Shown in pieces: positions 11,170 to 22,329 of a stretch of DNA of 64,000 nt; within the stretch, counting starts at the first letter, position 1, and each line of letters starts with the position of its first letter. The stretch lies in contig CAVYXJ010000020.1 of NCBI GenBank assembly GCA_963772455.1, positions 24,754-88,753 on the forward strand, given 5' to 3'. Made by a program: the position numbers and the translations under genes. Origin of the DNA: Candidatus Bathyarchaeota archaeon. GTDB lineage: Archaea; Thermoproteota; Bathyarchaeia; Bathyarchaeales; Bathycorpusculaceae. The notes beneath the pieces were generated by a model, which was given only the letters and a program-made list of their open reading frames with translations, was not told the DNA's origin and did not search any database.

Positions 11170-12369
11170 CTAAGATTTTCGAAGTGTTAATTCGTTGACT
11201 TCACTTAAGAGTATCTTTCTTTGCTTTTCAGCCAAATAAATAGCTTGCTTTCGGTTGCTTAATCCCATCTCTGTAATTTGCTCTTTTCCATATTCTAATA
11301 TTTGTTCCAATTTGGCGGTTAAGTCCTGACGATCCACATACGTGTATTCGTGAGGCAGAAGATCTCCTCTAGATCCGAAAAAATCGGAAAATACAACAAG
11401 ACCTGCAATTGCATAGTCATATTTCCGTTCGTTTGTGCCACCTAAATGAACACCTACATTTATGCCGATCCAAGACTTGCTAAGTATTGTTAAATAATCC
11501 ATTTTACTTGGGACGTACTCATAATGATGCAGTTCGATATTCTTGGGGATATATTTGGATTCTATACCAATTAAATTAACTCTAATTTTTTTATTGATAA
11601 ATGATAGCGCTTGGAATATTTCTTTAAGAGATTCTTTGACTTTTGGCCCCCAATGACCTCGCAAAACTATGCTTATACAGGGTTCCATGTCCTTGGAAGC
11701 TGGTTCAAATTCTGCAATTGGGTAAATATTTGGATAAAAAAGCACTTTTTTAGCACCCATTTCTAAGTATTTAATTCTATCTCTCTCACTGCTAGTAACA
11801 ACCATATCTGATAATGCAACAGCTTTACTCTCCAATGTATACATTAGTGTTTTAGTTATGATATTATTTCCGAAATTGTACCGGTCATAAGCAACATCTT
11901 GAGACACATAAATAATCGGTCCAAAAATTTTAAGAGTTTTAAAATTAACAATACCTATACTCACTGATTCATCTATAAAAAAAATTTTTGGTGAGGCAAG
12001 TTTTTCCAAAAAACTTTTCAATACATCTGTTTGAGCAGGTTTATCAAAATATTCACCTAAAGCTTGGGAAAGATCGGATAAGAAACCCTCAACGAATAAA
12101 GATTTTGAGGTCTTTACTCGTAAAAGTCGCATGATTAATCCATCACGCATGTTCTTAGGGCTTTTTATTAACATTAGAAAAAAATGCATAAAATGTCCAA
12201 AGGCAGAAGCAGGCAAACTTATTTGATTATTCTCAATTTTTTCTCCAAATCGAGCATTGTTTCTTCTAAAAACATAAAGATATTCTTCGTTTGATTTCAA
12301 TTTATATGATTGAACTACGAAATTCATTTTTGGTGATAGTTTACCGTAGTAATTAATAACTATGATCAC
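11170..12369 (-). CDS. Divergent GT-B-fold glycosyltransferase-like protein
   Basis: SERDR, GGTNERKYDYAIAGLVV resembles the GT4 donor-binding motif; cluster context. Confidence 0.6.
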   Translation of the reverse strand: MIIVINYYGKLSPKMNFVVQSYKLKSNEEYLYVFRRNNARFGEKIENNQISLPASAFGHFMHFFLMLIKSPKNMRDGLIMRLLRVKTSKSLFVEGFLSDLSQALGEYFDKPAQTDVLKSFLEKLASPKIFFIDESVSIGIVNFKTLKIFGPIIYVSQDVAYDRYNFGNNIITKTLMYTLESKAVALSDMVVTSSERDRIKYLEMGAKKVLFYPNIYPIAEFEPASKDMEPCISIVLRGHWGPKVKESLKEIFQALSFINKKIRVNLIGIESKYIPKNIELHHYEYVPSKMDYLTILSKSWIGINVGVHLGGTNERKYDYAIAGLVVFSDFFGSRGDLLPHEYTYVDRQDLTAKLEQILEYGKEQITEMGLSNRKQAIYLAEKQRKILLSEVNELTLRKS

Positions 12370-12664
12370 TTGAAATCAGCTTCCAAAGACACAATGCTTA
12401 CTCCATGAACATCTTTATCTATTCTAAACAAGACACTCACTTGATACATACTTGAGCTTGTCTTAATTGATTATCATTTACTTCACTAAAGAATCTTGAC
12501 TCGTATCTTTAATGATTATCAACATTACAAAGAACTATTCTTGAATTCTTTTGAATAATCTAATTAAACTTTCTGCTCAAAATCTGACTTTAGTGAAGAA
12601 GACCTATCTTGTCATTTCTAGACAAAAAAAACATCTCTATACTCAAACCCTAAAAAAAGTTTTT

Positions 12665-13537
12665 TTAGACAAGGAAAACTCGCTCTCTTACACACATATC
12701 CCAGAAACAAATTCGTTCATAGACAAGTCTCACATAAATATATGGAAATATCCGAAAATCCGCGGCAGTTTGATATTTGTTTTTTAGGAGACTACCAAAT
12801 ATCAATGGTGGGAAAATAATTTTTGCGAAATCTGATGGATTAACAAGTTTACCTAAACATGAAAGTCTACGTTTTTCGCCATATTTTTTATAAAGTAAGA
12901 CCATATTTCTGAGTCTTTTTCCACTTTGTACGAATTGGTTTTTGTTAAAAACCTTTTTCTGATGGTACACTATCATTTTTGGGTTGAATATTATTTTCCC
13001 ATTCTTGATTACCCTAAGAGCAATATCTCTATCTTCATGATAGGTAAACTTTTTATCGAAACCGCCGACTAGTTCAAGAACATCTTTGGTATAGGCAATG
13101 TTACAAGTCATGAACTCTCCTCCAAACTTGTTTTCCATTACACTATCTGAACGAGTTGGTTTGTACGTCTCAGAAACATAAAATGTCCTTCCTTCAACTC
13201 CAACAATTCCAGGAGTTTTAAAATATGGAAGCCCTTCTTTAATCCAGTTTTTGGATACTTGGCAGTCAGCGTCAGTGAAGAAAACATACCTGCTTTTTGC
13301 ATACTTTATGCTTTGATTTCTGCTTCTAGAAAGCCCAAGTAATTCAGTATTTCTATAATACCGTATTCGTTTATCTTTAAAATCTTCAATTATTCTCTGG
13401 GTATTATCAGTACTTAGATCATCAACTATTATTATCTCGAAGTCAGTAAACGACTGATTCAAGAGCGACGTTATACAATCATGAATATATATTTCCATAT
13501 TTCTGACGCATACTAAAACACTCACTTCTGGCGTCAC
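12665..13537 (-). CDS. Glycosyltransferase family 2
   Basis: IVDDLSTD, FTDADC (DXD), GGFD, HEDRD. Confidence 0.92.
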   Translation of the reverse strand: MTPEVSVLVCVRNMEIYIHDCITSLLNQSFTDFEIIIVDDLSTDNTQRIIEDFKDKRIRYYRNTELLGLSRSRNQSIKYAKSRYVFFTDADCQVSKNWIKEGLPYFKTPGIVGVEGRTFYVSETYKPTRSDSVMENKFGGEFMTCNIAYTKDVLELVGGFDKKFTYHEDRDIALRVIKNGKIIFNPKMIVYHQKKVFNKNQFVQSGKRLRNMVLLYKKYGEKRRLSCLGKLVNPSDFAKIIFPPLIFGSLLKNKYQTAADFRIFPYIYVRLVYERICFWDMCVRERVFLV

Positions 13538-13868
13538 TTTGCCGCACCCTGTAGTTTAACCAATAAAAATAATCGAACAAATTCAGACGACAAGCTTACC
13601 ATGTTCTATTTCCTATAATGTTGTTCTTATTAAGGAAATCTACGATCAAAAAAGCTGGATTTTAAATTCAAGAGATCGTTTTTGCAACCACTAATTAGAA
13701 TAAAACAAGTATGTTGAAAAAAGTGCAATATAGACTTCTCAAGCTTTGTTAAATCGGCTTCGCAAGACCTGTGGTGAGTTGACAATTAGTGTTAACCTGA
13801 TTTTTCAAAAAGTTATAAGAACAAAGTTTTTATAAATAGCTTTAAAAATTCTGGGAAAAGAGAGAAAA

Positions 13869-15566
13869 ATGAAACAAAACCATTCAAGAAGAACTCTTAA
13901 TTTCATGGATTTCAAAAAACCCGCCGCTCTATTTTTCAGCGCAATCTTCGTTATTAGCATGCTATCAATCTTCTCATTTACAACAGTTCAAGCTGCAAAT
14001 CCGAATGAGTCTACATTTGGAAATACAGCTTTTGGAAACTCAGCTAATCCTTTTTACGGAACTAAAGACGCAACCAGATTTCAGCTTACTCAATCAGGCA
14101 CAATTCAAAGCATCACAGTTTATTTTGCAAATTCCGGTTTCAATGCTAAGACAGCAATTTACTCCGATTCAAATGGTGCTCCAAGTCAATTAATCGCTCA
14201 AAGCAGCAGCCAATACATATATGCAACTGGTTGGCAAACATTTACTGTTCCACAAACATCACTTTCTTCCGGATACTATTGGCTAAGCTGTGCAGCAAGT
14301 ACTTACAATGCAGCTGGAGTAATGAGTTGGATAGGCACTGCAAACTCACATCGCTGGATAAGCTCGACTTATAACAATGATTTTACAAGCTCATTCGGGA
14401 CAACTTCCGGTAGCGATTCAGCCGTTCCAAGCATATACGCAACCTACACAACTACAACAACTACAAGCTCAGCTACATTTGGAAATACAGCCCTTGGAAA
14501 CTCAGCTAATCCTTTTTACGGAACTAAAGACGCAACCAGATTTCAGCTTACTCAATCAGGCACAATTCAAAGCATCACAGTTTATTTTGCAAATTCCGGT
14601 TTCAATGCTAAGACAGCAATTTACTCCGATTCAAATGGTGCTCCAAGTCAATTAATCGCTCAAAGCAGCAGCCAATACATATATGCAACTGGTTGGCAAA
14701 CATTTACTGTTCCACAAACATCACTTTCTTCCGGATACTATTGGCTAAGCTGTGCAGCAAGTACTTACAATGCAGCTGGAGTAATGAGTTGGATAGGCAC
14801 TGCAAACTCACATCGCTGGATAAGCTCGACTTATAACAATGATTTTACAAGCTCATTCGGGACAACTTCCGGTAGCGATTCAGCCGTTCCAAGCATATAC
14901 GCAACCTACACAACTACAGGTGACCCTCAAACAGTGATAGAGCCACCTTCATCTAATTTGGCGCCTAGCCCTAGTGGCTGGAGCACCTTAACGAATGGAA
15001 TGCACCTAGCAATCGGAGGAGTATCAAACGACGTTCTTGACTACAATGTACAGTACAATGGAAACCCAACAATAAGACAAGACCCCGTAGGATCAACAAA
15101 CAACTATCACAGAGAGGTAGATGGACCTTACATCAAAGTAAACCCTGGAGATCGCATAGTATTTTCAGTGTGGATAAAAACTTCAGCAAGTTCTTTTGGC
15201 GACAAATCAGATTTTAGCGGCGCAAGGTTCGGCATTGACTTCTATGGAGCACAAGGAGCAATAACTGGAACAGCATCGCCAGACGGCTCAGCCATGTGGA
15301 CTCCATGGGGTGGTTGGGCAGAAACCACAGAGTTAAACTATGTGCATTGGGGAACAAGTACCTGGACACAGAAAGTAATGAGTTTCACAGTTGCCTCAGG
15401 CTATCCAGCTTACCCAGGATACGCAGGCAACTGGAACTATGCATCAGGACAATGGGTCACACCCATCGCCATAATTCCATGCATGCAAGTCTGGAGCTCA
15501 ACATACGGAGCCGCGGATAATGGTCAAGCTTGGTTCGCTAATCCTGAACTGACCATAAATCCCTAA
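13869..15566 (+). CDS. Secreted protein with two near-identical beta-sandwich repeats and a C-terminal CBM-like domain
   Basis: Signal peptide ending VQA, 154-aa-period repeat, C-terminal VNPG..FSVWIKT...AWFANP jelly-roll-like motifs. Confidence 0.8.
   Translation: MKQNHSRRTLNFMDFKKPAALFFSAIFVISMLSIFSFTTVQAANPNESTFGNTAFGNSANPFYGTKDATRFQLTQSGTIQSITVYFANSGFNAKTAIYSDSNGAPSQLIAQSSSQYIYATGWQTFTVPQTSLSSGYYWLSCAASTYNAAGVMSWIGTANSHRWISSTYNNDFTSSFGTTSGSDSAVPSIYATYTTTTTTSSATFGNTALGNSANPFYGTKDATRFQLTQSGTIQSITVYFANSGFNAKTAIYSDSNGAPSQLIAQSSSQYIYATGWQTFTVPQTSLSSGYYWLSCAASTYNAAGVMSWIGTANSHRWISSTYNNDFTSSFGTTSGSDSAVPSIYATYTTTGDPQTVIEPPSSNLAPSPSGWSTLTNGMHLAIGGVSNDVLDYNVQYNGNPTIRQDPVGSTNNYHREVDGPYIKVNPGDRIVFSVWIKTSASSFGDKSDFSGARFGIDFYGAQGAITGTASPDGSAMWTPWGGWAETTELNYVHWGTSTWTQKVMSFTVASGYPAYPGYAGNWNYASGQWVTPIAIIPCMQVWSSTYGAADNGQAWFANPELTINP
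14011..14918. repeat. Near-perfect tandem duplication of 446 bp (14011-14456 and 14473-14918; period 462)
   Basis: Direct comparison by eye shows only two mismatches (GCTTTT vs GCCCTT). Confidence 0.93.
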
Positions 15567-15943
15567 ACTCTAATCTTCAACCATTTTTTTATTTCTAAGA
15601 AATTAAAACAAAAAAAGTTATTCAATGTTTATTGAGAAGTAAGTAATTATTTGTAATAATTTATCAATTAAGAATAATAATTCAAAGGAAATAATTGTCC
15701 TGGGTACCAAGAATTTGATAAGTAGGCAAAGTCCTTAATGAAACAATGATAATCTCTATCGGGTTTGGAAGCTGTTCAAGTAAATACTGAGAAAATATAT
15801 TTTGAGCTAAATGAAGCTAAATATTTAGATTGAAATCACGTTCGAGAAAAGAATACTCTTCAGTTTGTTTTAAAATATTCACGTGCTGCCGACATTGACT
15901 GCAAAATCAATTCTGAATTTTAGTTATTTATTGACAAGAATCC

Positions 15944-17512
15944 TTAAGGATTAGCATTCATGATCACGTAGGATATACCGTCATTATATAACAAATCTAA
16001 TCCTTCGCCTTGTGAAAGGGTCTCCATAGAACTATAATTTCCCAATTGACCACCTACGAACTGGGGAGTATAGAGTATGACATCTGGTCTGTTATTCTCC
16101 AGCACCCAAGAATCGTATATAAATACATAATTGCTCAGTTTAGACTGCACATATTGTATCGTTCTAAAGTCTGCAATAACAAAGCCGGGCTTTTCCCAAT
16201 GATAATTGTCGATTAAAAAGTTATCAGCTATGTAGGTTTCTTTTGTTTGAAAATATATTTCGGGATTAAATGACAAGTGAAGCGGAACAAATAGAACCAG
16301 AATCGACAAGACCACGAGTAATCCTCCAATGTGTCTTTTGAATTTACTCTTGAAGAGAAATGCTGCTCCCAAAGAAATAGGAATGAAAGCTATTGATATT
16401 CCACGATACCCAATAGTATTTAATATGACACCAGAAACTGAATAGAGCACACCAATTAAAAGAATGGCTTTGTCAATAGCATCCATTTCTTTTCTGATAA
16501 ACAAGAAAATAAAGCCAACAAAGCATAATCCAACCGAGGTAATCGTTACTGCCCTGGAAAAATATTGAGCTATAATATCTGTAAAGACTGGATGGGCAGA
16601 TGCAGTGGTCTGAGAGACAATACTAGAATACGTTGTAGGCGATAATGTAATGTTTGCAAGGATTTGATCGAAATTAAATTGAGCTATTGTAATTTGAACA
16701 ATAAAGTAGCTAACCAAAGTAAAAAGGAAAAAGTTTCTGTAAAAACTTTTATTTTGCTTATTTTTATCAAAAAGACTCCGAATTAATGAATACAAAACAA
16801 AAAACACGGGCACAAAAAGGTGAGTAAACAAAAGACAAGCGTACAAGACTAGCATTATTGCCATTAAAGCTGGGGTCTTTTTCCGAGTTTCTAGCATGAA
16901 CAGAAGAAATAAAATTCCGAGTGCAAGCGAAAATGGTGCTGATTGATAATCGAGAAAGTAAACCATTGAAAGAAAGAAGACAGCAACAGTAAGAAAGCCA
17001 GCCATCTTGTGTTTTTTGGTGGCATAGACAAACAGGGTAGTAGCAAGCAGGAAGGCTATAATTGTGTATATTAAAAATTCGTAACTAGCAAGAGTCAAAC
17101 CGCTTATCGAAGTTACAACATCGGCTAATAGAAAATATCCGGGCCATTGGTAATACATGAGATTTAATTGGGAAGCATCCAAACTTCTTGTTTTTATAAA
17201 GTATTCCGTTAATCCTCTAAAGAATTGTGAATCTGCCACTGGCATTAAAGAATAGAAGTAAGATAAAGAGTATAGTGCTACTACAAAACCTATTGAGAGT
17301 AACCATTTCAAAATGGTACTTTTGGTGGTTAAAGCCATTAAAAACATTGATACTAATAATATCGGCAGTCCAAACCAATAAAATATGGATATGTGATAAA
17401 AGACAAAGTCGTTTTCAGCAATCGTTGTTATTGGATAACTTAAGTACCATGACAATATAATTAGAATTAAGCCAACGAAAAATGGCAAAAGTAATAGTTT
17501 AGTTTTTTCCAA
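15944..17512 (-). CDS. Polytopic membrane protein, GT-C/Wzy-like candidate
   Basis: More than ten transmembrane helices, external loop with DSQ...YYQWPGYF, THLF, soluble C-terminal domain ending LLYNDG. Confidence 0.6.
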   Translation of the reverse strand: MEKTKLLLLPFFVGLILIILSWYLSYPITTIAENDFVFYHISIFYWFGLPILLVSMFLMALTTKSTILKWLLSIGFVVALYSLSYFYSLMPVADSQFFRGLTEYFIKTRSLDASQLNLMYYQWPGYFLLADVVTSISGLTLASYEFLIYTIIAFLLATTLFVYATKKHKMAGFLTVAVFFLSMVYFLDYQSAPFSLALGILFLLFMLETRKKTPALMAIMLVLYACLLFTHLFVPVFFVLYSLIRSLFDKNKQNKSFYRNFFLFTLVSYFIVQITIAQFNFDQILANITLSPTTYSSIVSQTTASAHPVFTDIIAQYFSRAVTITSVGLCFVGFIFLFIRKEMDAIDKAILLIGVLYSVSGVILNTIGYRGISIAFIPISLGAAFLFKSKFKRHIGGLLVVLSILVLFVPLHLSFNPEIYFQTKETYIADNFLIDNYHWEKPGFVIADFRTIQYVQSKLSNYVFIYDSWVLENNRPDVILYTPQFVGGQLGNYSSMETLSQGEGLDLLYNDGISYVIMNANP

Positions 17513-17555
17513 CTTACGTCTACTCCAAAAAGGATTTATAAATAAAAAATTTTAC

Positions 17556-18554
17556 TCAACTAAAATAGGAATGTAGTTTAGAGCCTACACGTTTGAATAT
17601 CCCAAAATAGAATCCAGTTATTCTTGCTAAAGTAAATAAAACAACTAATGGATAATACAGGATACGCCTGTCATGAATTCTGGTACGTATTGCTGTAAAT
17701 GTGAAGTGCCCTAACAATGTAAAGGCTAAAAGTAAAGCAAAGATAATTGGAGAAAGAAATATAGTGATAAGTAAAACTAGAAATAGGAAATTTGAGAGAT
17801 AATAAGAAGCAAAGAAAGATTCATAACGCGAATATTTCAATGTTCTCCATGATAAGAAAAAAGGAACCAAATTAGAGCTATTCCAAAAGGCATGCTTCAG
17901 GCCTTGTCTATGATGCCAGACCGATATCCTTGGATCAAAACGAATATCATAACCATTTTCACATAAACGAATGTGAAAATCCCAGTCTTCTGCTGACCTT
18001 AGTTTCTCATTTAATGGTCCTATTTTATCAAATATCGATTTTCGGTAAGCAACGTTACACCCAGCAATCTTCCCTACTGCAGAACGTCCGAGAATAACAA
18101 CCTCACCCATCTGTGACTCAGCAAATGAACCTTCAACAAATCGTAGAGGATTGCTCTTGCTTTCATCAAGAGGAGTTAGATGCGATCCTCCTAAACAAAT
18201 CAAAGATGGATATTGTTGAAAAGTTGAAAATATTTTGCTCAACCAATCATCAGGAGCTTCTGCGTCATCGTCAATAAAAATAACAATGTCTCCTTTTGCA
18301 TTCTTTACCCCCAAGTTTCTCGCCGCACCTAACGAGTGGCCATTTTCTTTTAAAGTTAGAATTTTACATTCTTCAAAAAGTTTGCTAAGCCCCTCAGGAT
18401 AGATAGAATACACTAAAATTGTTTCAAACTGCTGAAATGTCTGACGTTGCAGAGATTTAATGCATCTCTCCAGTAACATCGTTTTATTACCTTTGGTCGC
18501 CAAAATAATGCTTAACAAAGGCTTAACATTTTTTTCAATCACGCCATCAGACAT
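17556..18554 (-). CDS. Glycosyltransferase family 2 with C-terminal membrane helices
   Basis: ARNLG, FIDDD, AEDWDF, hydrophobic C-terminus. Confidence 0.88.
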   Translation of the reverse strand: MSDGVIEKNVKPLLSIILATKGNKTMLLERCIKSLQRQTFQQFETILVYSIYPEGLSKLFEECKILTLKENGHSLGAARNLGVKNAKGDIVIFIDDDAEAPDDWLSKIFSTFQQYPSLICLGGSHLTPLDESKSNPLRFVEGSFAESQMGEVVILGRSAVGKIAGCNVAYRKSIFDKIGPLNEKLRSAEDWDFHIRLCENGYDIRFDPRISVWHHRQGLKHAFWNSSNLVPFFLSWRTLKYSRYESFFASYYLSNFLFLVLLITIFLSPIIFALLLAFTLLGHFTFTAIRTRIHDRRILYYPLVVLFTLARITGFYFGIFKRVGSKLHSYFS

Positions 18555-18628
18555 ATCAAGCGCTGACTCCTTCTTATCGTAGGAATATACCTAAAGCTAG
18601 TTGATAAAGAAATGAGAAAATTCCAAAA

Positions 18629-19336
18629 CTAAATTCTTTTCTTAGCAATAATGATAAAACCAAAAGGATCAACCTTTGAAATCAAACTATTAAATGGAAA
18701 ACCCTGAAAAGGTATTCCGTACTTTACAATTCTCACCGTGAACCCACAATTATTCAGCTCTTTAGCTATTTCTTTTAGAGAAGGAACGCTAACGTAGTCA
18801 TAATAAAATAATTTATGCAATCTAGAAGGTAAATACCCAACAAAGGGTAGAAAAGAATGCTGCTCAATTAGAAAATAACGATTTGGAAGCTGGATAGCAA
18901 AAATACCATCATCTGTCAAAACTTCGCGTATTTCTTTATAAAATCCTCTTCGGCAGTCTTCTTCTATATGTTCAAGGAGACTGAATGCTGTAACCACACT
19001 AAAGGACTTAGACTTAAAAGGCAATATACAACTATCTGCAATCAAGAAAATTGCTCGACTATCAGTAATAAACCATCTATTCAGGTCGACACCAATTGTA
19101 TCCAAATTATAGATGTCAGAAATCTTTTCAGTTATATTTCCCGTTCCACACCCAATATCCAATAACTTAAGTTCGGAAGAATTATCATCGTTAATTTTAA
19201 GACCTTGTTTTAGCTCGCTTAATAAATCTACCATAAAAGCATCTCTCTTGCCATAGAACAACGTCCCAAACGCTTTCCAAATGTTGCTCTTAACTGTCCA
19301 GTATAGACCCTCACTAGCTGAATTATCTTTAGTCAT
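18629..19336 (-). CDS. Class I SAM-dependent methyltransferase
   Basis: LLDIGCGTG, LPF, LEHI, PNRYF. Confidence 0.87.
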   Translation of the reverse strand: MTKDNSASEGLYWTVKSNIWKAFGTLFYGKRDAFMVDLLSELKQGLKINDDNSSELKLLDIGCGTGNITEKISDIYNLDTIGVDLNRWFITDSRAIFLIADSCILPFKSKSFSVVTAFSLLEHIEEDCRRGFYKEIREVLTDDGIFAIQLPNRYFLIEQHSFLPFVGYLPSRLHKLFYYDYVSVPSLKEIAKELNNCGFTVRIVKYGIPFQGFPFNSLISKVDPFGFIIIAKKRI

Positions 19337-19465
19337 AATGACCCACTATCATAATTTAAGATTATTACAAGGATATTTGTAAAGCTTGAGAACAAGGGGG
19401 ACTTTTTTGTAAATAAATCAACAGTTGATCAATCAATAGAAACCCAAGTAAGCACGCTGCAAAAT

Positions 19466-20674
19466 TCATGCTTTCTTTAAATTTTGAATTACTGCCAGAT
19501 ACTTATCAACATATACTTGGGGTGAAAAATTCTGCTGGTAAACATTCTTAACTTTTAAAGCAGAAAAATCATTTCGGGAAAAAGTAAGCAATATATCTCT
19601 TAATTCGTTCGTACTATTAAAAATTAGTTTTTTGTCAACTTTTTCAATTATTTCAGGCAATCCTCCCAGATTTGAAGTAATTACTGGCGTCCCAACTGAG
19701 AGAGCTTCCAAAGCTACTAAAGGCGCATTTTCCGACCAAATAGAAGGAATTATTACAGCTAATGCATTTGAGTACAAGGAATATTTGGTTTGGTTGTCAA
19801 CAAAGCCTAAAAACAAAACAAGATTACTTAGAGAATTTTTCTTGATGAATTCACGAATATACGGACTGAGACTCCCGCCACCTGCAATTATTAATTTTGT
19901 TTTTAAATTGTCCCTTTGTTCTTTGAAAAGTTCTAAAAGTGTTAGAATTCCTTTATGTTTTTCTAGCATACCTAGAAAAAGAAAATAATTCTCATAATTT
20001 GAAGAAACGATATTATCGGGTGGGGATGGAACAAAATTAGGCAAAGTAATGCTAGAAACGTCTACTTCTTTTATGAGCTGTTTTCGAAGGTATTCACTTG
20101 GAGATATCAGAAGATCAATATTCTTTATAGCCATCTTGAAGTTTCTACATGAACGCCAAATCTGAGGAACTTTTCTATATTTAAGGGAACATGAAGAACA
20201 ATTCTTCACTTTACAAATCTCTTCTTGATTCTTGAGTAGGTTATTTGTAGGACAGATTAACCAATAGTCATGAGCTGTATACAAAGAAAGATAGTCGGAT
20301 CTTTTCCTTAGAACGTCATAACCCAAAAGAGAAATGTTATGATGATGAACCACATCAGGGCGAATTGCTTTTACAGCTTCTGAAAATTTTCTACTCACCC
20401 ACAAAGAATTGCCAAAAGTGTAAATAATTAATGGATCCAGAGTTCTTAGCGGCGATTCAAGTGTGTTAATAAAGAGATTTTTTTGTGCTTGAATTTGTTT
20501 TCTGGGTAATTGTTCGCCTCGTTTTATCTTATAAGCATCTAAACTATGTATTACGTGCACTTCGTGGCCGCGCTTTACGAGCTCTTCTGCTAAATATTTA
20601 ACATGAGTAGCATCTCCACCAATATGATACGGTGGATAGAAACTACTCGATAAAAGAAATTTTAGACCCTTCAT
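19466..20674 (-). CDS. Glycosyltransferase family 4 with Cys-rich insert
   Basis: YPPYHIGG, HDYWLICP..C..C..C, PSIWSENAPLVALEA. Confidence 0.9.
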   Translation of the reverse strand: MKGLKFLLSSSFYPPYHIGGDATHVKYLAEELVKRGHEVHVIHSLDAYKIKRGEQLPRKQIQAQKNLFINTLESPLRTLDPLIIYTFGNSLWVSRKFSEAVKAIRPDVVHHHNISLLGYDVLRKRSDYLSLYTAHDYWLICPTNNLLKNQEEICKVKNCSSCSLKYRKVPQIWRSCRNFKMAIKNIDLLISPSEYLRKQLIKEVDVSSITLPNFVPSPPDNIVSSNYENYFLFLGMLEKHKGILTLLELFKEQRDNLKTKLIIAGGGSLSPYIREFIKKNSLSNLVLFLGFVDNQTKYSLYSNALAVIIPSIWSENAPLVALEALSVGTPVITSNLGGLPEIIEKVDKKLIFNSTNELRDILLTFSRNDFSALKVKNVYQQNFSPQVYVDKYLAVIQNLKKA

Positions 20675-21003
20675 ATCAAATTCTTTTCTCTTTAATAATT
20701 ATGGAACTGTAAGCAAAAAATATGAAAATTCTATTTAGGAAACCTGGAAACACTAAATTTTATCACCATTGTTGAAACTTTAATAACATATTTAATTTTT
20801 GATTTTTGTAGGTTAAAGAAATTCAATGTTTCTGTTTCTTTTTAATTAAAATTGATTTTTATTCAAGTGGTTTCAATTTTTTAAGTTATATTACTAAACC
20901 GAAGAGCCAAATATTGTATTTGTGTTAAACAAGTTAGCATCTTTGTTGTAGGTAATTAAACTTTATATATTGAACCTTAAGATTCAATATAGTTGTTGAG
21001 CCC

Positions 21004-22212
21004 TTGATGAAGAAGTGTCAAACTCTTGCAATTGCTGTGTTTTTTATCACTATATTTTTATTAATTGGTCCAGTGCTTGCAGCAAGACCAACGCCAACAC
21101 ACAGTCCGTCTCCAAGCCCAACCCCTACGCCAACCCAATCTCCAACACCTACACCCAGCCCTTCTCCAAGTCCAACTCCAACCATTACACCAACACCAAG
21201 TCCCTCTCCTACACCTACAATAAGTCCATCACCAACTCCAACAATAAGCCCGACACCATCGCCTTCTCCGACACCAACCATTACTCCAAGTCCAACCCCT
21301 GCGCCAACGCCATCTTCAATACCCACACCCAGCTCTTCTCCTACTCCAACCCCAACTCCGGTTCCAACAGCCACCCCCTCACCAACACCCACGCCAACAA
21401 CAGTTCCAACGCCTATTCCAACCGTCACTCCTAACCCAACCCCAACTCCAACACCCACGCCAACACCGACACCCTCAATTACTCCAACTCCAACCCCAAC
21501 GCCCACACCAACACCTAAAAAAGAAGTTATCTCGTTTCTTTCCCACGGCATATTCATCAATACAACTCCCACTCCAACGCCTTCACCCACTCCATCTCAA
21601 ATTAATTTAGTACCTATCCCTACCGGTTGGAGCACATCAACTAACGGAATGCATCTAGCAATTGGCGGAGTATCAAACGACGTTCTTGACTACAATGTAA
21701 AATACAATGGAAACCCAACAATAAGACAAGACCCCGTAGGATCAACAGATAATTACTGCCGAGAAGTAGATGGACCATATATCACCGTAAAACCAGGAGA
21801 CCATATCGTATTCTCAGTATGGATAAAAACATCAGCAAGCACACTCGGCGATCCAAGCAATCAAGCAGGTGGAGCATACGGCATTGATATTTATGGTTCT
21901 AATGGACGTATAACAGGACTTAATTCTCCGAGTGGAGGAGCAAACTGGACTCCATCAGGAGGATGGAATCTAGATAGTTACTTGAATTTTGTACCTTGGG
22001 GAACAAATACATGGGTTCTGCGAACAATGGATTTTGTGGTACCTGCTAACTATTTTGCAGATCCATTCAACGGTGCTGGTGGATACACAGCTGGAACAGT
22101 TGTAGTACCTACTGGAATAATTCCGGTACTCACAGTTTACAGTATAACCAATGGTTACACGGATGGTGGTTCGGCATGGTTCGCCGATCCCAAGCTGACG
22201 ATTAATCCATAA
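21004..22212 (+). CDS. Secreted protein with a long Pro/Thr/Ser stalk and a C-terminal CBM-like domain paralogous to that of 13869..15566
   Basis: Signal peptide, about 170-aa PT-rich linker, shared [24 protein letters not shown]...LTINP domain. Confidence 0.82.
   Translation: MMKKCQTLAIAVFFITIFLLIGPVLAARPTPTHSPSPSPTPTPTQSPTPTPSPSPSPTPTITPTPSPSPTPTISPSPTPTISPTPSPSPTPTITPSPTPAPTPSSIPTPSSSPTPTPTPVPTATPSPTPTPTTVPTPIPTVTPNPTPTPTPTPTPTPSITPTPTPTPTPTPKKEVISFLSHGIFINTTPTPTPSPTPSQINLVPIPTGWSTSTNGMHLAIGGVSNDVLDYNVKYNGNPTIRQDPVGSTDNYCREVDGPYITVKPGDHIVFSVWIKTSASTLGDPSNQAGGAYGIDIYGSNGRITGLNSPSGGANWTPSGGWNLDSYLNFVPWGTNTWVLRTMDFVVPANYFADPFNGAGGYTAGTVVVPTGIIPVLTVYSITNGYTDGGSAWFADPKLTINP
21088..21598 (+). 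repeat. Low-complexity (Pro-Thr/Ser)n coding repeat
   Basis: Iterated CCA-ACN/TCN codons. Confidence 0.9.
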
Positions 22213-22329
22213 AACAGAATATGAATCTTTTTTCAAACAAATTTAAGCGTTAAAGGAATCGTTCACATTCGACGGCTCCATAATAGGAGAGTAAACTCAA
22301 CAACTCTTCTTTTTTTTCTTGATAATGCA

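Noticed and set aside
21018-21590. 190-aa Gly-Val repeat ORF on the minus strand
   Set aside because: Antisense shadow of the Pro/Thr linker
14960-22212. Diversity-generating retroelement (template/variable repeat) suggested by the shared C-terminal DNA
   Set aside because: Both copies are coding, the differences are not adenine-specific, and no reverse transcriptase is present
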